Notes: generated by a model from the letters alone, not told the origin. Positions 8,548-16,722 are shown, numbered from the stretch's first letter. The stretch is 64,000 nucleotides of DNA from Candidatus Methylomirabilota bacterium (GCA_016209735.1 JACQVN010000009.1:30381-94380), one strand, 5' to 3'. Translations and numbers: made by a program.

Positions 8548-8804
8548 TGCAGGCGATCACCCGGCTCGGCCTCGGCTGGGTGGACATCGGCCTGTTCGTA
8601 GCCCTCCTGACCGCTGGCTGGTGTCGGCGGTGGGCGGAAGGTCGCCGGATCGGCCTGTATGACGCGCTGGCGGTGTCGGGCGCGGGGCTTCTCGATCAGC
8701 TTCTCAAACAGCTCTCCTGCCACGCGCGTCCCAGCGCGCCCGAAGCCGGTCTCTTCCTCGCCAAGTTCCCTTGCGTCTTCGATGGCTATGCCCATTCCTC
8801 GTGA
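8544..8804 (+). pseudogene. Truncated paralogous copy of the PAP2 gene N-terminal half (lacks the catalytic motifs)
   Basis: 8547-8800 is about 90% identical at the nucleotide level to 6456-6712. The reading frame stops just before the SGH motif. Confidence 0.65.
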
Positions 8805-8847
8805 GTTGACCGCAGTGCCGGCAGAAGGGCACGGACCATGAACGACT

Positions 8848-9040
8848 GGCTCGTGGCTGATGGCTGATGGCTGATGGCTCATGGGGGACCGGTCTCTACC
8901 ATGAGCTATGAGCCATGAGCCCCATCCGGGGAAGTAGGGAGCAGGGGCGCAGGGGAGCGGAGGGTAACGGACGATGGATGGGGGACCAGGGACGATGGGC
9001 GATGGACCAGGGACGATGGACCGTGGACGTGGCAGCCTGG
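8848..9040. repeat. (GGCTGAT)n / (CATGAGC)n imperfect foldback, followed by GGACSAT-type units
   Basis: ggctgatggctgatggctgatggctcatgg ... ccatgagctatgagccatgagcc. The downstream flank parallels 7003-7215. Confidence 0.7.
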
Positions 9041-9334
9041 CACAACGGGAAACGGCTACCCTCGTGAGCCTGGCGGTAATCCTTCTCTTTTATTCTTCAG
9101 TTGATCCCACCGCCGCGGCGTTTGCGGTTGAACGCCCAGCCCCGCTGTGATAAGAAATGGACAGCTCCGCGAGCGACGAGGAATACGCCGAGGAGGGGCG
9201 GCCACTGCCACCGGACGTCTGAACCTTGGTCGATCATGCCAACCATGCGAAAGGTTGCCGCCATTCTTCAACAGGCCGGTATCGATGAAGAGGTATTTAG
9301 AAATCTGACTCGCCAGGAGGCTGGTGAAAAGCAT

Positions 9335-9470
9335 CCGCTCACCCTTCGACGGGCTCAGGGTGAACGGGTTCGGCTCTGACCAGGTCGAGGTGAGCGGGCC
9401 CCGACGGGCTCACCCTTCGATCCCGCCTGGGCGGGACTCAGGGTGAGCGGGTCGAGATTCGTCGCCGAGA
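9335..9470. repeat. GCTCACCCTTCGAC...CTCAGGGTGAGCGG palindromic repeat family
   Basis: Two to three copies here. The same family occurs at 11600-11915 and 17790-17860. Confidence 0.7.
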
Positions 9471-9627
9471 TCATGGCTCACCGTACCAAGCACTCTTGGT
9501 CGCAATTCCGGTGGCGTATTCTGAAGCGGAAGAGTCATGAGAGATCCGGTTTACCTCCCGCATTGTCCCTTACAGCATGGGGGGAGCAGTAACGTGACCT
9601 GTTGGCCGTTCAGACCCGTGGAACTCT

Positions 9628-11535
9628 TTGGCTGCTAAGCGCACGACCCTCATCCTGCTCGTCGTCTCGGGCACACTCTTCTTCACGCAACTGGGCGGGA
9701 CCGGCCTCTTTGACGCGGACGAGCCGGCCTACGCCCAGGCGGCGCGGGAGATGCTCGCACGCGGGGACTGGATCACGCCGACCTTCAACGGGGCCCCCCG
9801 CTTCGACAAGCCCGTCCTATTCTACTGGCTGATCATGGGAAGCTACGCGGGCTTCGGGGTGAGCGAGTTTGCCGTGCGCCTTTGGTCGGCGCTGGCCGGG
9901 ATGGCCCTGGTCCTGCTGACGGCCTGGGCGGCTCGGCGCTGGCTTCCGCCATCGGCGGACTTCTGGGCAGGCGTGGCCCTGGCCACCTGCTTTCTCACCG
10001 CGCTCCTGGCGCGGGCCGCGGTGACGGACATGCTCCTTGCCCTCTGCGTCACGGCAGCCATCCTGGCGGGAGTCGCGGCCCTGGAGGTGCCAGACCGCGC
10101 AGAGCGCATGGCGCACAGGGCACAGGGCACAGGGCATGGCGCACAGGGCATGGCGCACGGCGCAGAGCGCACGGCTTACGACGCACAGGGCACAGTGCTC
10201 GACGCACAGGGCACAGCGCTCGGCGCACAGCGCACGGCGCACGGTGCACAGCGCTCGGCGCGCGGCGCTGGAAGCTGGGCTCTCTTCGCCTGGGCCGCCA
10301 TGGCGTTGGCCGTCCTGGTGAAGGGCCCCATCGGTCTTGTGATCCCCGCGATCACCTTCGGCCTCTCCCTGCCGGCAACCCGGGAGGTCCGCTTCGGCCT
10401 CCGGCGGCTCGTCCCCTGGCAGGGTCTGTTGCTCTTCCTGTGTCTCACCTTGCCCTGGTACCTTCTGGTCCTCCGGGCCAACGGCTGGGCCTTCGTCGAG
10501 GGTTTCGTCATCAAGCACCATTTCACCAGGTACACGGGGGTGGTCTCCAGCCACGCGGGGCCGTTCTGGTTCTACCTTCCCGTGCTCCTGATCGGCTTCT
10601 TTCCGTGGAGCGGGTACCTGCCGTCGGCCGGCTGGCGGGCCTGGCAGATCCTGCGGCGGCGGAGGGCCGAGCGGCATGGAGATCGGTTGATCGTTGTCTG
10701 CGCCTGCTGGGCGGCGGCGGTGTTCGTCTTCTTCTCGCTGGCCGGGACCAAGCTTCCGAGCTACCTGTTCCCCGCCTTCCCCGCCCTCGCCCTGCTGGTT
10801 GCGGGGCTCGGAATTTCAAATGAAAAATGCAAAATGAAAAACCGGCCAACGGAACAGACGGTTGCCCGGTTTTCCATTCTCAATTTTTCGTTTTCCATTG
10901 ACCAGCCGCGCATCGACGCGCGCCTGGTTCGCCTGGCGCCGTGGCTCATCGGCGGCGTCGGCGCGGCGCTGGCCATCGGCTTCGCCCTGCTTCCGTGGAT
11001 CCTGGAATTGGCGCGACCGGCCGCCCGGGGGATCCTGGATGGAGTCGAGGCGCCCACCGCCCTGGCCTTCGGGCTGGCGGGGCTTCTGGGTGTGGGCACG
11101 ACTACAGGCCTTTGTGCGTCGGGCTGGCGGCGCCCGTCCATCCTGGCAGCCATGATGGTCGGAGTGATTCTGGCGGCCGCGCTGCTGGCGGCGCCCAAGG
11201 CGCATGCCATCTTGCAGGGTGCGCTCAGGGAGTTTAGCGACGATGCTCGCCGCCTGGTGCCGCCGGACGGCACGGTGGTCGCGTATGGACTGAATGCCCC
11301 AAGCATAGTATTCTACGCGGAACGCCGGGTTCTCCCGTTGGGGCCCGGCACCCCGGACGGTCTCGATCGGATCCAGCGCCTGCTCGCCGAAGGCCGGCCC
11401 ATCGTGGTCATCTCCCGCAGCGCGCACGCCCCGATCCTGGATCGCGTTCCCGGGCTGATTCGCGGGAAAGCCCGTAGCGGGTTCGCGATATATTGGCCTC
11501 GGGCGGCTAGTCAGATTTCCGCTGCCCCACGGTAA
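9628..11535 (+). CDS. GT39/ArnT-like (PMT_2) membrane glycosyltransferase with two in-frame repeat insertions
   Basis: N-terminal LFDADEPAYAQAAREM...GDWITPTFNG.PRFDKPVLFYWL is characteristic of ArnT/PMT-family enzymes, and the protein has many TM segments. At 635 aa it is about 85 aa longer than expected, matching the two inserts. Confidence 0.8.
   Translation: MAAKRTTLILLVVSGTLFFTQLGGTGLFDADEPAYAQAAREMLARGDWITPTFNGAPRFDKPVLFYWLIMGSYAGFGVSEFAVRLWSALAGMALVLLTAWAARRWLPPSADFWAGVALATCFLTALLARAAVTDMLLALCVTAAILAGVAALEVPDRAERMAHRAQGTGHGAQGMAHGAERTAYDAQGTVLDAQGTALGAQRTAHGAQRSARGAGSWALFAWAAMALAVLVKGPIGLVIPAITFGLSLPATREVRFGLRRLVPWQGLLLFLCLTLPWYLLVLRANGWAFVEGFVIKHHFTRYTGVVSSHAGPFWFYLPVLLIGFFPWSGYLPSAGWRAWQILRRRRAERHGDRLIVVCACWAAAVFVFFSLAGTKLPSYLFPAFPALALLVAGLGISNEKCKMKNRPTEQTVARFSILNFSFSIDQPRIDARLVRLAPWLIGGVGAALAIGFALLPWILELARPAARGILDGVEAPTALAFGLAGLLGVGTTTGLCASGWRRPSILAAMMVGVILAAALLAAPKAHAILQGALREFSDDARRLVPPDGTVVAYGLNAPSIVFYAERRVLPLGPGTPDGLDRIQRLLAEGRPIVVISRSAHAPILDRVPGLIRGKARSGFAIYWPRAASQISAAPR
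10096..10265 (+). repeat. (GCACAGSG)n-type array inside the ArnT-like CDS, in frame
   Basis: Encodes AHRAQGTGHGAQGMAHGAERTAYDAQGTVLDAQGTALGAQRTAHGAQRSARG. The units are the same as in the intergenic arrays at 3290-3372 and 34444-34650. Confidence 0.85.
10812..10900 (+). repeat. AT-rich AAATGCAAAA-type hairpin inside the ArnT-like CDS, in frame
   Basis: aaatgaaaaatgcaaaatgaaaaaccgg ... ccggttttccattctcaatttttcgttttccatt. Same family as 36141-36230 and 38596-38688. Confidence 0.85.
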
Positions 11536-11599
11536 GTGGAGAAGCGCCCCGTGACATGGATTGCTGGAATTGCGGTCGAGAACACTTGGCGGTCCGCTG

Positions 11600-11915
11600 A
11601 AGAGAGGTTGTCGATATTTCGACGGGCTCACGCTTCGACGGGCTCATGCTTCGACGGGCTCATGCTTCGACGGGCTCAGCATGAGCGGATGGTGCGTCAA
11701 GCCCGCTCACCCTGAGCCTGTCGAAGGGCGACGGGCTCATGCTTCGCCCCTTCGACCCTTCGACAAGCTCAGGACTCAGGGCTCAGCATGAGCGGAAATA
11801 CATCGGCGCAGTCAAGGTTTCCCCCGCTCACCCTTCGGCCCTTCGACGAGCTCAGGACTCAGGGCATGCCCTGAGTCTCGCGCAGGCGGGATCGAAGGGT
11901 GAGCGGAGGGTTTTC
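11600..11915. repeat. Cluster of GCTCA(C/T)GCTTCGACGGG / CTCAGGGTGAGCGG-type repeats
   Basis: Tandem cgacgggctca(c/t)gctt units are followed by inverted copies, filling the spacer between the ArnT-like gene and ispB. Confidence 0.75.
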
Positions 11916-11968
11916 GGCATCCTGCGAGGAACGCAGGGTGGCACCGGCAGCAGGTTCACACACACGCC

Positions 11969-12955
11969 ATGACCGAGCTTGCACAACAGAACGGTCTCTT
12001 CGGCCTCGTCGCCGAGGAGCTCCGGGCCGTCGAGACGTGCCTCCAGGCGCCGGTGGGGGGGAACGGTCTCCTGTCTAGCGTGGCCCGCTACGCCATCGCT
12101 TCCGGGGGCAAGCGAGTCCGCCCGGCCCTGGTCCTCCTGGCGGCCCGGGCCTGCGGCGCAAAGGAGGCCACCCGGATGGTGATGCTGGCCTCAGTGGCAG
12201 AGATGATGCATGCTGCCACGTTGATCCACGACGACATCGTGGATCGCTCCCCCACCCGCCGGGGCCGGCCGTCCACCATGGCCCGCTGGGGGGCGGAGGT
12301 GTCCGTGCTGGTCGGGGATTTCCTCTACTCCCGGGCCGTGCAGATGCTGGTGGCAGACGAGGACCTCCGGATCATGCGGGGTTTCGCGGATGCCACCGTG
12401 GCCATGACCGAGGCGGAGGTGCTCCAGTTACAGCACCTCTGGAACCTCACGATGCCCGAGCCGGACTACCTCAAGATCGTGCGCGGGAAGACGGCGGCCC
12501 TCATGTCCGCCTCCTGCCGCGGCGGGGCGCAGGTGGCGGGGGCCCCCGAGGCGGTCATCGAGGCCCTGGCCGCCTATGGCCTGCAGCTCGGCATCGGCTT
12601 TCAGTTGGTGGACGACGCCCTGGACTATGCCGCCCGGGAGGAGCGACTAGGCAAGCCCGTCGCCAGCGATTTCCGCGAGGGGAAGATCACGTACCCGATC
12701 CTTCACGTCATGGCCGTGGCCTCGGAGGCGGATCGTGCCGCCTTGGTGCGGCTGGCGGGACAGCAGTCGATCGAGGAGGGGGATGTGGCCTTCCTCCGCG
12801 CGCTGGTCGAGCGGTACGCTGCGATCCCGGCCACGATGCGCCTGGTGGATGGCTACCTGGCGCGGGCGCGGGCGTCCCTGGGAGCCCTCCCCGACTCCCC
12901 CGCCCGGGAGAGCCTGCTCCGACTGGTGGACTTTGTGCGGGAACGCGATTGGTGA
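11969..12955 (+). CDS. ispB: Long-chain polyprenyl diphosphate synthase (IspB-type)
   Basis: First DDxxD motif in LIHDDIVDRSPTRRGRPS and second in GFQLVDDALDY. 328 aa. Confidence 0.85.
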   Translation: MTELAQQNGLFGLVAEELRAVETCLQAPVGGNGLLSSVARYAIASGGKRVRPALVLLAARACGAKEATRMVMLASVAEMMHAATLIHDDIVDRSPTRRGRPSTMARWGAEVSVLVGDFLYSRAVQMLVADEDLRIMRGFADATVAMTEAEVLQLQHLWNLTMPEPDYLKIVRGKTAALMSASCRGGAQVAGAPEAVIEALAAYGLQLGIGFQLVDDALDYAAREERLGKPVASDFREGKITYPILHVMAVASEADRAALVRLAGQQSIEEGDVAFLRALVERYAAIPATMRLVDGYLARARASLGALPDSPARESLLRLVDFVRERDW

Positions 12956-12964
12956 ATGCTGTTG

Positions 12965-13148
12965 CGGTTCACGGTGCGGCGGTTCACGGTGCGGCGGTTG
13001 GGGCTCCAGCGGTTCACGGTGCGGCGGTTCAAGCCTCGAAGTGTCAACCTTGAACCTTGAACCTCGAACCGTCAGCCTCGAACCCTGAACCTCGAACCTT
13101 CAACCGTGAACCGTCAACCTCGAACCTTGAACCGGAAACCTTGAACCC
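12965..13148. repeat. (GGTTCACGGTGCGGC)n followed by (GAACCTYG)n arrays
   Basis: Three 15-mers, then about 12 GAACC-containing octamers, running up to the lepA start. Confidence 0.85.
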
Positions 13149-13152
13149 CCGT

Positions 13153-14955
13153 ATGGATCACATCCGCAACTTTTCCATCATCGCCCACATCGACCATGGC
13201 AAATCCACGCTGGCGGACCGCCTGCTGGAACAGACGGGGACCCTCAACTCCCGCCAGATGGCGGACCAGGTCCTGGACAGCATGGATCTGGAGCGGGAGC
13301 GGGGGATCACCATCAAGGCCAAGGCGGTCCGCCTGCACCACAGAGGATCCGACGGCCAGGAATACCTGCTGAACCTGATCGACACCCCGGGTCACGTGGA
13401 CTTCAGCTACGAGGTCTCCCGAAGTCTCTCGGCGTGCGAGGGGGCGCTGCTAGTGGTGGACGCCGCCCAGGGGGTGGAGGCGCAGACGCTGGCCAACGTC
13501 CACCTGGCCATGCAGAATAACCTGGCCATCCTCCCAGTCATCAACAAGATCGATCTCCCCAGCGCCGACGTGGAGCGGGTCAAGGGTCAACTGGAGGAGA
13601 TCCTGGCCCTAGACAGCCGGGAGGCCGTCCTGGTCAGCGCCAAGTACGGCACGGGCACGGCGGAGACGCTGGAGGCCATCGTCCGGCAGATCCCGCCGCC
13701 GAGGGGCTCCGTGGCCGCGCCGCTCAAGGGGCTGATCTTCGACTCCTGGTTCGACAGCTACCAGGGGGTCATCGTCTACGTGCGTCTCTTCGACGGCGTG
13801 GTGGCGCCGGGGATGCGAATCCTGTTGATGTCCAGCGGCGCCGTATACGAGGTGACGCAGGTCGGGGTATTCACGCCGGCGATGCGGCCGGTGGATCGCC
13901 TGTCGGCCGGCGAGGTGGGCTACGTCATCGCGGGGATCCGGGACGTCCGGCAGAGCCGGGTGGGCGACACTATCACCGAGGCGAATCGCGCCACGGCGCG
14001 ACCGCTGCCCGGGTTTCGGGAGGTGCTGCCCATGGTCTTCGCCGGCCTCTATCCGGTGGAGAGCGCCGACTATCTGAGCCTCAAGGGGGCCCTGGAGAAA
14101 CTCCAACTCAACGACGCCTCCTTCTCCTTCGAACCCGAGACGTCCCTGGCCCTGGGGTTCGGCTTCCGCTGCGGCTTCCTGGGCCTCCTGCACCTGGAGA
14201 TTGTCCAGGAGCGGCTGGAGCGGGAGTTCGGCCTGACGCTCCTCACCACGGCGCCCACCGTGGTCTACCGGGTCACCACGACGGACGGAAGGGTGCTGGA
14301 GGTGGAAAACCCCAGCAAGCTTCCGCCGCCCCAGGAGATGCTTCGCATCGAGGAGCCTTTCATCACGGCCTCCATCATGTCCCCGACCGAGTACGTCGGG
14401 CCGATCCTCTCCCTCTGCCAGGAGAAACGGGGGGTGCACAAGGGGATCGAATACCTGAAGGACGCCCGGGTCGTCGTCGCGTACGAGCTGCCCCTCAACG
14501 AAATCGTGCTGGATTTCTACGACCGGCTGAAGTCGGTGAGCCGCGGCTATGCCTCTTTCGACTACGACTTCCTGGAGTACCGGGAGAGCCCCCTGGTCAA
14601 GCTGGACATTCTGGTGAACGGGGAGCCGGTGGACGCCCTCTCCTTCATCGTCCATCACCATCACTCCCAGGCCCGCGGCCGTCTCCTGGCCGAGAAGATG
14701 CGGGAATTGATTCCGCGCCAGCTCTTTGAGGTGGTCATCCAGGCGGCGATCGGCAGCAAGGTGATTGCGCGCGAGCGCATCGCCCCGCTGCGCAAGGCGG
14801 TCACGGCCAAGTGCTACGGAGGGGACATCACGCGCAAGCGGAAACTTCTGGAGAAGCAGGCCGCGGGCAAACGGCGGATGAAACAGGTGGGTCGCGTCGA
14901 GATCCCCCAGGAAGCCTTCATGGCCGTCCTCGCGGTGGGGAAAGAGTCAAGTTAG
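13153..14955 (+). CDS. lepA: Translation elongation factor 4 (LepA)
   Basis: [25 protein letters not shown]..., [13 protein letters not shown] and the C-terminal LepA_C region. The annotated upstream 32 codons are encoded by the tandem repeat. Confidence 0.95.
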   Translation: MDHIRNFSIIAHIDHGKSTLADRLLEQTGTLNSRQMADQVLDSMDLERERGITIKAKAVRLHHRGSDGQEYLLNLIDTPGHVDFSYEVSRSLSACEGALLVVDAAQGVEAQTLANVHLAMQNNLAILPVINKIDLPSADVERVKGQLEEILALDSREAVLVSAKYGTGTAETLEAIVRQIPPPRGSVAAPLKGLIFDSWFDSYQGVIVYVRLFDGVVAPGMRILLMSSGAVYEVTQVGVFTPAMRPVDRLSAGEVGYVIAGIRDVRQSRVGDTITEANRATARPLPGFREVLPMVFAGLYPVESADYLSLKGALEKLQLNDASFSFEPETSLALGFGFRCGFLGLLHLEIVQERLEREFGLTLLTTAPTVVYRVTTTDGRVLEVENPSKLPPPQEMLRIEEPFITASIMSPTEYVGPILSLCQEKRGVHKGIEYLKDARVVVAYELPLNEIVLDFYDRLKSVSRGYASFDYDFLEYRESPLVKLDILVNGEPVDALSFIVHHHHSQARGRLLAEKMRELIPRQLFEVVIQAAIGSKVIARERIAPLRKAVTAKCYGGDITRKRKLLEKQAAGKRRMKQVGRVEIPQEAFMAVLAVGKESS

Positions 14956-15092
14956 AATGCAAAACCGACAACCGACAAGTTAAAATGCAAAACGGACAAC
15001 CGGCAAGTTAAAATGCAAAACCGGCCTGCCTGCGCCGCGGGCGCGGCAGGCAGGCAACCGACAAGTTAAAACCGACAAGGGACGACCGGCGA
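14956..15092 (+). repeat. Left arm of an AT-rich foldback (AAAACCGACAACCGACAAGTTAAAA units, with an embedded CCTGCCTGCGCCGCGGGCGCGGCAGGCAGG palindrome)
   Basis: Starts at the lepA stop codon. A 25-nt identity to the reverse complement of 15787-15837. Confidence 0.85.
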
Positions 15093-15486
15093 ATGGTTGG
15101 ACGACAGCCGCTCGATGAGCAAGACAGGAAACGCGGGGACGAGCTTGCCGAGCGCTTGCTCGATTTCTCCGATCAAAATCATCGCCTTGGCGTCCCGCCT
15201 TCCCGGTGATCCAGTTGGCCGGCACATCTCCAACCAGATGGTCAGGGCCGGGACATCGGTCGGCGCTCACTACGAGGAAGCGCGGGGAGCCGAAAGCCGA
15301 GCCGATTTCGTCCACAAGCTTGGCGTGGCACTGAAAGAATGCCGGGAGGCGCGGTACTGGCTCAGGGTTGTCCACCGCGCCAAGATGATTCCGGACGATC
15401 TTCCCGGGGCCCTCATCTTGAAGGCCAACGAGCTGTGCGCGATCCTCGGACAGTGTATCCTCACCGCGAAGTCTCGACAGGACTGA
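15093..15486 (+). pseudogene. Four-helix-bundle protein (23S rRNA IVS protein / Avd-like, PF05635 type) with an apparent 1-nt frameshift near 15168-15176
   Basis: Frame A from ATG 15093 gives ...DELAERLLDFSDQ. The frame of ORF 15097 gives IIALASRLPGDPVGRHISNQMVRAGTSVGAHYEEARGAESRADFVHKLGVALKECREARYWL. Together they reproduce the family pattern ER.IDF..RII.L...LP. The shift lies in gatcaaaatcatc. Confidence 0.65.
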
Positions 15487-15536
15487 AGGTTCGCAGTGTG
15501 CCTGTGACTCCATCGCGCAGTCGGATATCGGTTTTA

Positions 15537-15788
15537 CCTGGTTTTTGTGCTGGCGCGCAAAAACCATAACTGAAAGGCATCAGGGAACCCCTCCGGGATT
15601 GGCTGGGAGGAAACAACGACCATCCCGGAAGGAGGTAACCCCGAGGGGTACGCGCCTTGGAACACGGGCCGAATCGCAGGGGCGACCTCTCATCACGCGT
15701 TCCCTTGATGAGACTCTACGGAAGCCCCGTGCAAAGAATTCTTTGCTCCACCAAGTTTGGTTTTTGCGCACCCAGCGCAAAAACCAGG
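15537..15788 (-). mobile_element. MITE/PATE-like element, copy 2 (full length, hairpins at both ends)
   Basis: CCTGGTTTTTGTGCtggcGCGCAAAAACC ... TGGTTTTTGCGCacccaGCGCAAAAACCAGG. The core is the reverse complement of 445-630. Confidence 0.75.
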
Positions 15789-15850
15789 TTTTAACTTGTC
15801 GGTTGTCGGTTTTGACTTTTAACTTGTCCGTTGTCTGTTTTTCGTTGACG
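15785..15850 (-). repeat. Right arm of the AT-rich foldback
   Basis: ggttttaacttgtcggttgtcggttttgacttttaacttgtccgttgtctg is the reverse complement of the left-arm units. Confidence 0.85.
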
Positions 15851-15883
15851 GGTGCGTTCAGGAAGCAGAGGATAAGCACGGAC

Positions 15884-16552
15884 ATGGCACCGAAGACAAA
15901 GGAAAACGAAGTAGCGGTTGGGACGCGGCCGGTGGCCACGCCGAAGTCGGTCCTCCGGGAGTACGCGGAGGCGCTGATCATCGCGGTCCTGCTGGCCTTG
16001 GTGATCCGGACCTTCGTGGTCCAGGCGTTCAAGATCCCCTCTGGGTCCATGCTCCCCACCCTCCAGATCGGCGATCACATCCTGGTCAACAAGTTCCTGT
16101 ATCACTTCCGCCCCATTCAGAGGGGCGACATCATCGTCTTCAAATTCCCGCAGGACGAGAGCCGAGATTTCATCAAGCGGGTGATCGGTCTGCCGGGGGA
16201 AACGCTGGAGGTGCGCGGGACGCAGATCCTCATCAACGGCCAGCCCGTGAAAGAGCCCTACGCGGTGTTCAGCGATGGAGCCTTGGGATCATCCGGCGAA
16301 CGGGACCGGATGGGGCCCATCACGATTCCGCCGAACCGACTGTTCATGATGGGGGACAACCGGGATCACAGCATGGACAGCAGGTACTGGGGTCTCTTGG
16401 ATGAGGCCAAGGTCAAAGGCAAGGCCTTCCTGATCTACTTCTCGGTGCGGAGTGATGATATTCCCACCGACTCCTCGCTGGGGAGCGTCGCCTACGTCCT
16501 TGTGCATCCATCCTTGATCCGCTGGGGACGGTTCGGCCACCTGGTGGAATGA
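15884..16552 (+). CDS. lepB: Signal peptidase I
   Basis: IPSGSMLPTL (catalytic Ser), GDHILVNKF, KRVIGLPGE (catalytic Lys box) and GDNRDHSMDSRYWG. Confidence 0.9.
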   Translation: MAPKTKENEVAVGTRPVATPKSVLREYAEALIIAVLLALVIRTFVVQAFKIPSGSMLPTLQIGDHILVNKFLYHFRPIQRGDIIVFKFPQDESRDFIKRVIGLPGETLEVRGTQILINGQPVKEPYAVFSDGALGSSGERDRMGPITIPPNRLFMMGDNRDHSMDSRYWGLLDEAKVKGKAFLIYFSVRSDDIPTDSSLGSVAYVLVHPSLIRWGRFGHLVE

Positions 16553-16554
16553 GA

Positions 16555-16628
16555 TCAATGCAAAACGGACAATGAAAAATGCAAAACCGGCCATTGACGG
16601 AGGGATGGCTGTCGCTTTTTCATTAGCC
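16555..16628. repeat. AAATGCAAAA-type AT-rich repeat directly after the lepB stop
   Basis: atcaatgcaaaacggacaatgaaaaatgcaaaaccggccattgacgg... Confidence 0.7.
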
Positions 16629-16658
16629 CTGCCCGCCGCGTTTTGGCGGGCAAGGCTG

Positions 16659-16687
16659 TTGACAACCCGAGGGCCCTTGATTATATT
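16659..16687 (+). promoter_or_regulatory. Sigma-70-like promoter of hrcA (TTGACA-17 nt-TATATT)
   Basis: The -35 TTGACA is at 16659-16664 and the -10 TATATT at 16682-16687. Confidence 0.6.
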
Positions 16688-16695
16688 GGAAGGAG

Positions 16696-16722
16696 TTAGC
16701 ACTCTGGGCATTGGAGTGCCAA
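16696..16722 (+). promoter_or_regulatory. CIRCE operator (HrcA binding site)
   Basis: TTAGCACTC-tgggcattg-GAGTGCcAA versus the consensus TTAGCACTC-N9-GAGTGCTAA. It lies between the promoter and the hrcA start. Confidence 0.85.

Noticed and set aside
9236-9379. Small ORF MPTMRKVAAILQQAGIDEEVFRNLTRQEAGEKH... in a locally lower-GC patch upstream of the ArnT-like gene.
   Set aside because: There is no recognisable motif or RBS, and the C-terminal third is encoded by a palindromic repeat. It may be a gene remnant but cannot be supported.
13057-13152. N-terminal 32-codon extension of lepA ([32 protein letters not shown]) given by the ORF track.
   Set aside because: It is encoded entirely by the GAACCTYG tandem repeat. 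The conserved LepA N-terminus ([19 protein letters not shown]) starts at ATG 13153.
15093-15788. Diversity-generating retroelement (Avd-like four-helix-bundle gene followed by a structured roughly 250-nt element that could be a template repeat).
   Set aside because: There is no reverse transcriptase gene anywhere in the window. The 250-nt element is a dispersed MITE with copies unrelated to any Avd gene. No VR/TR pair with adenine-specific differences was seen.
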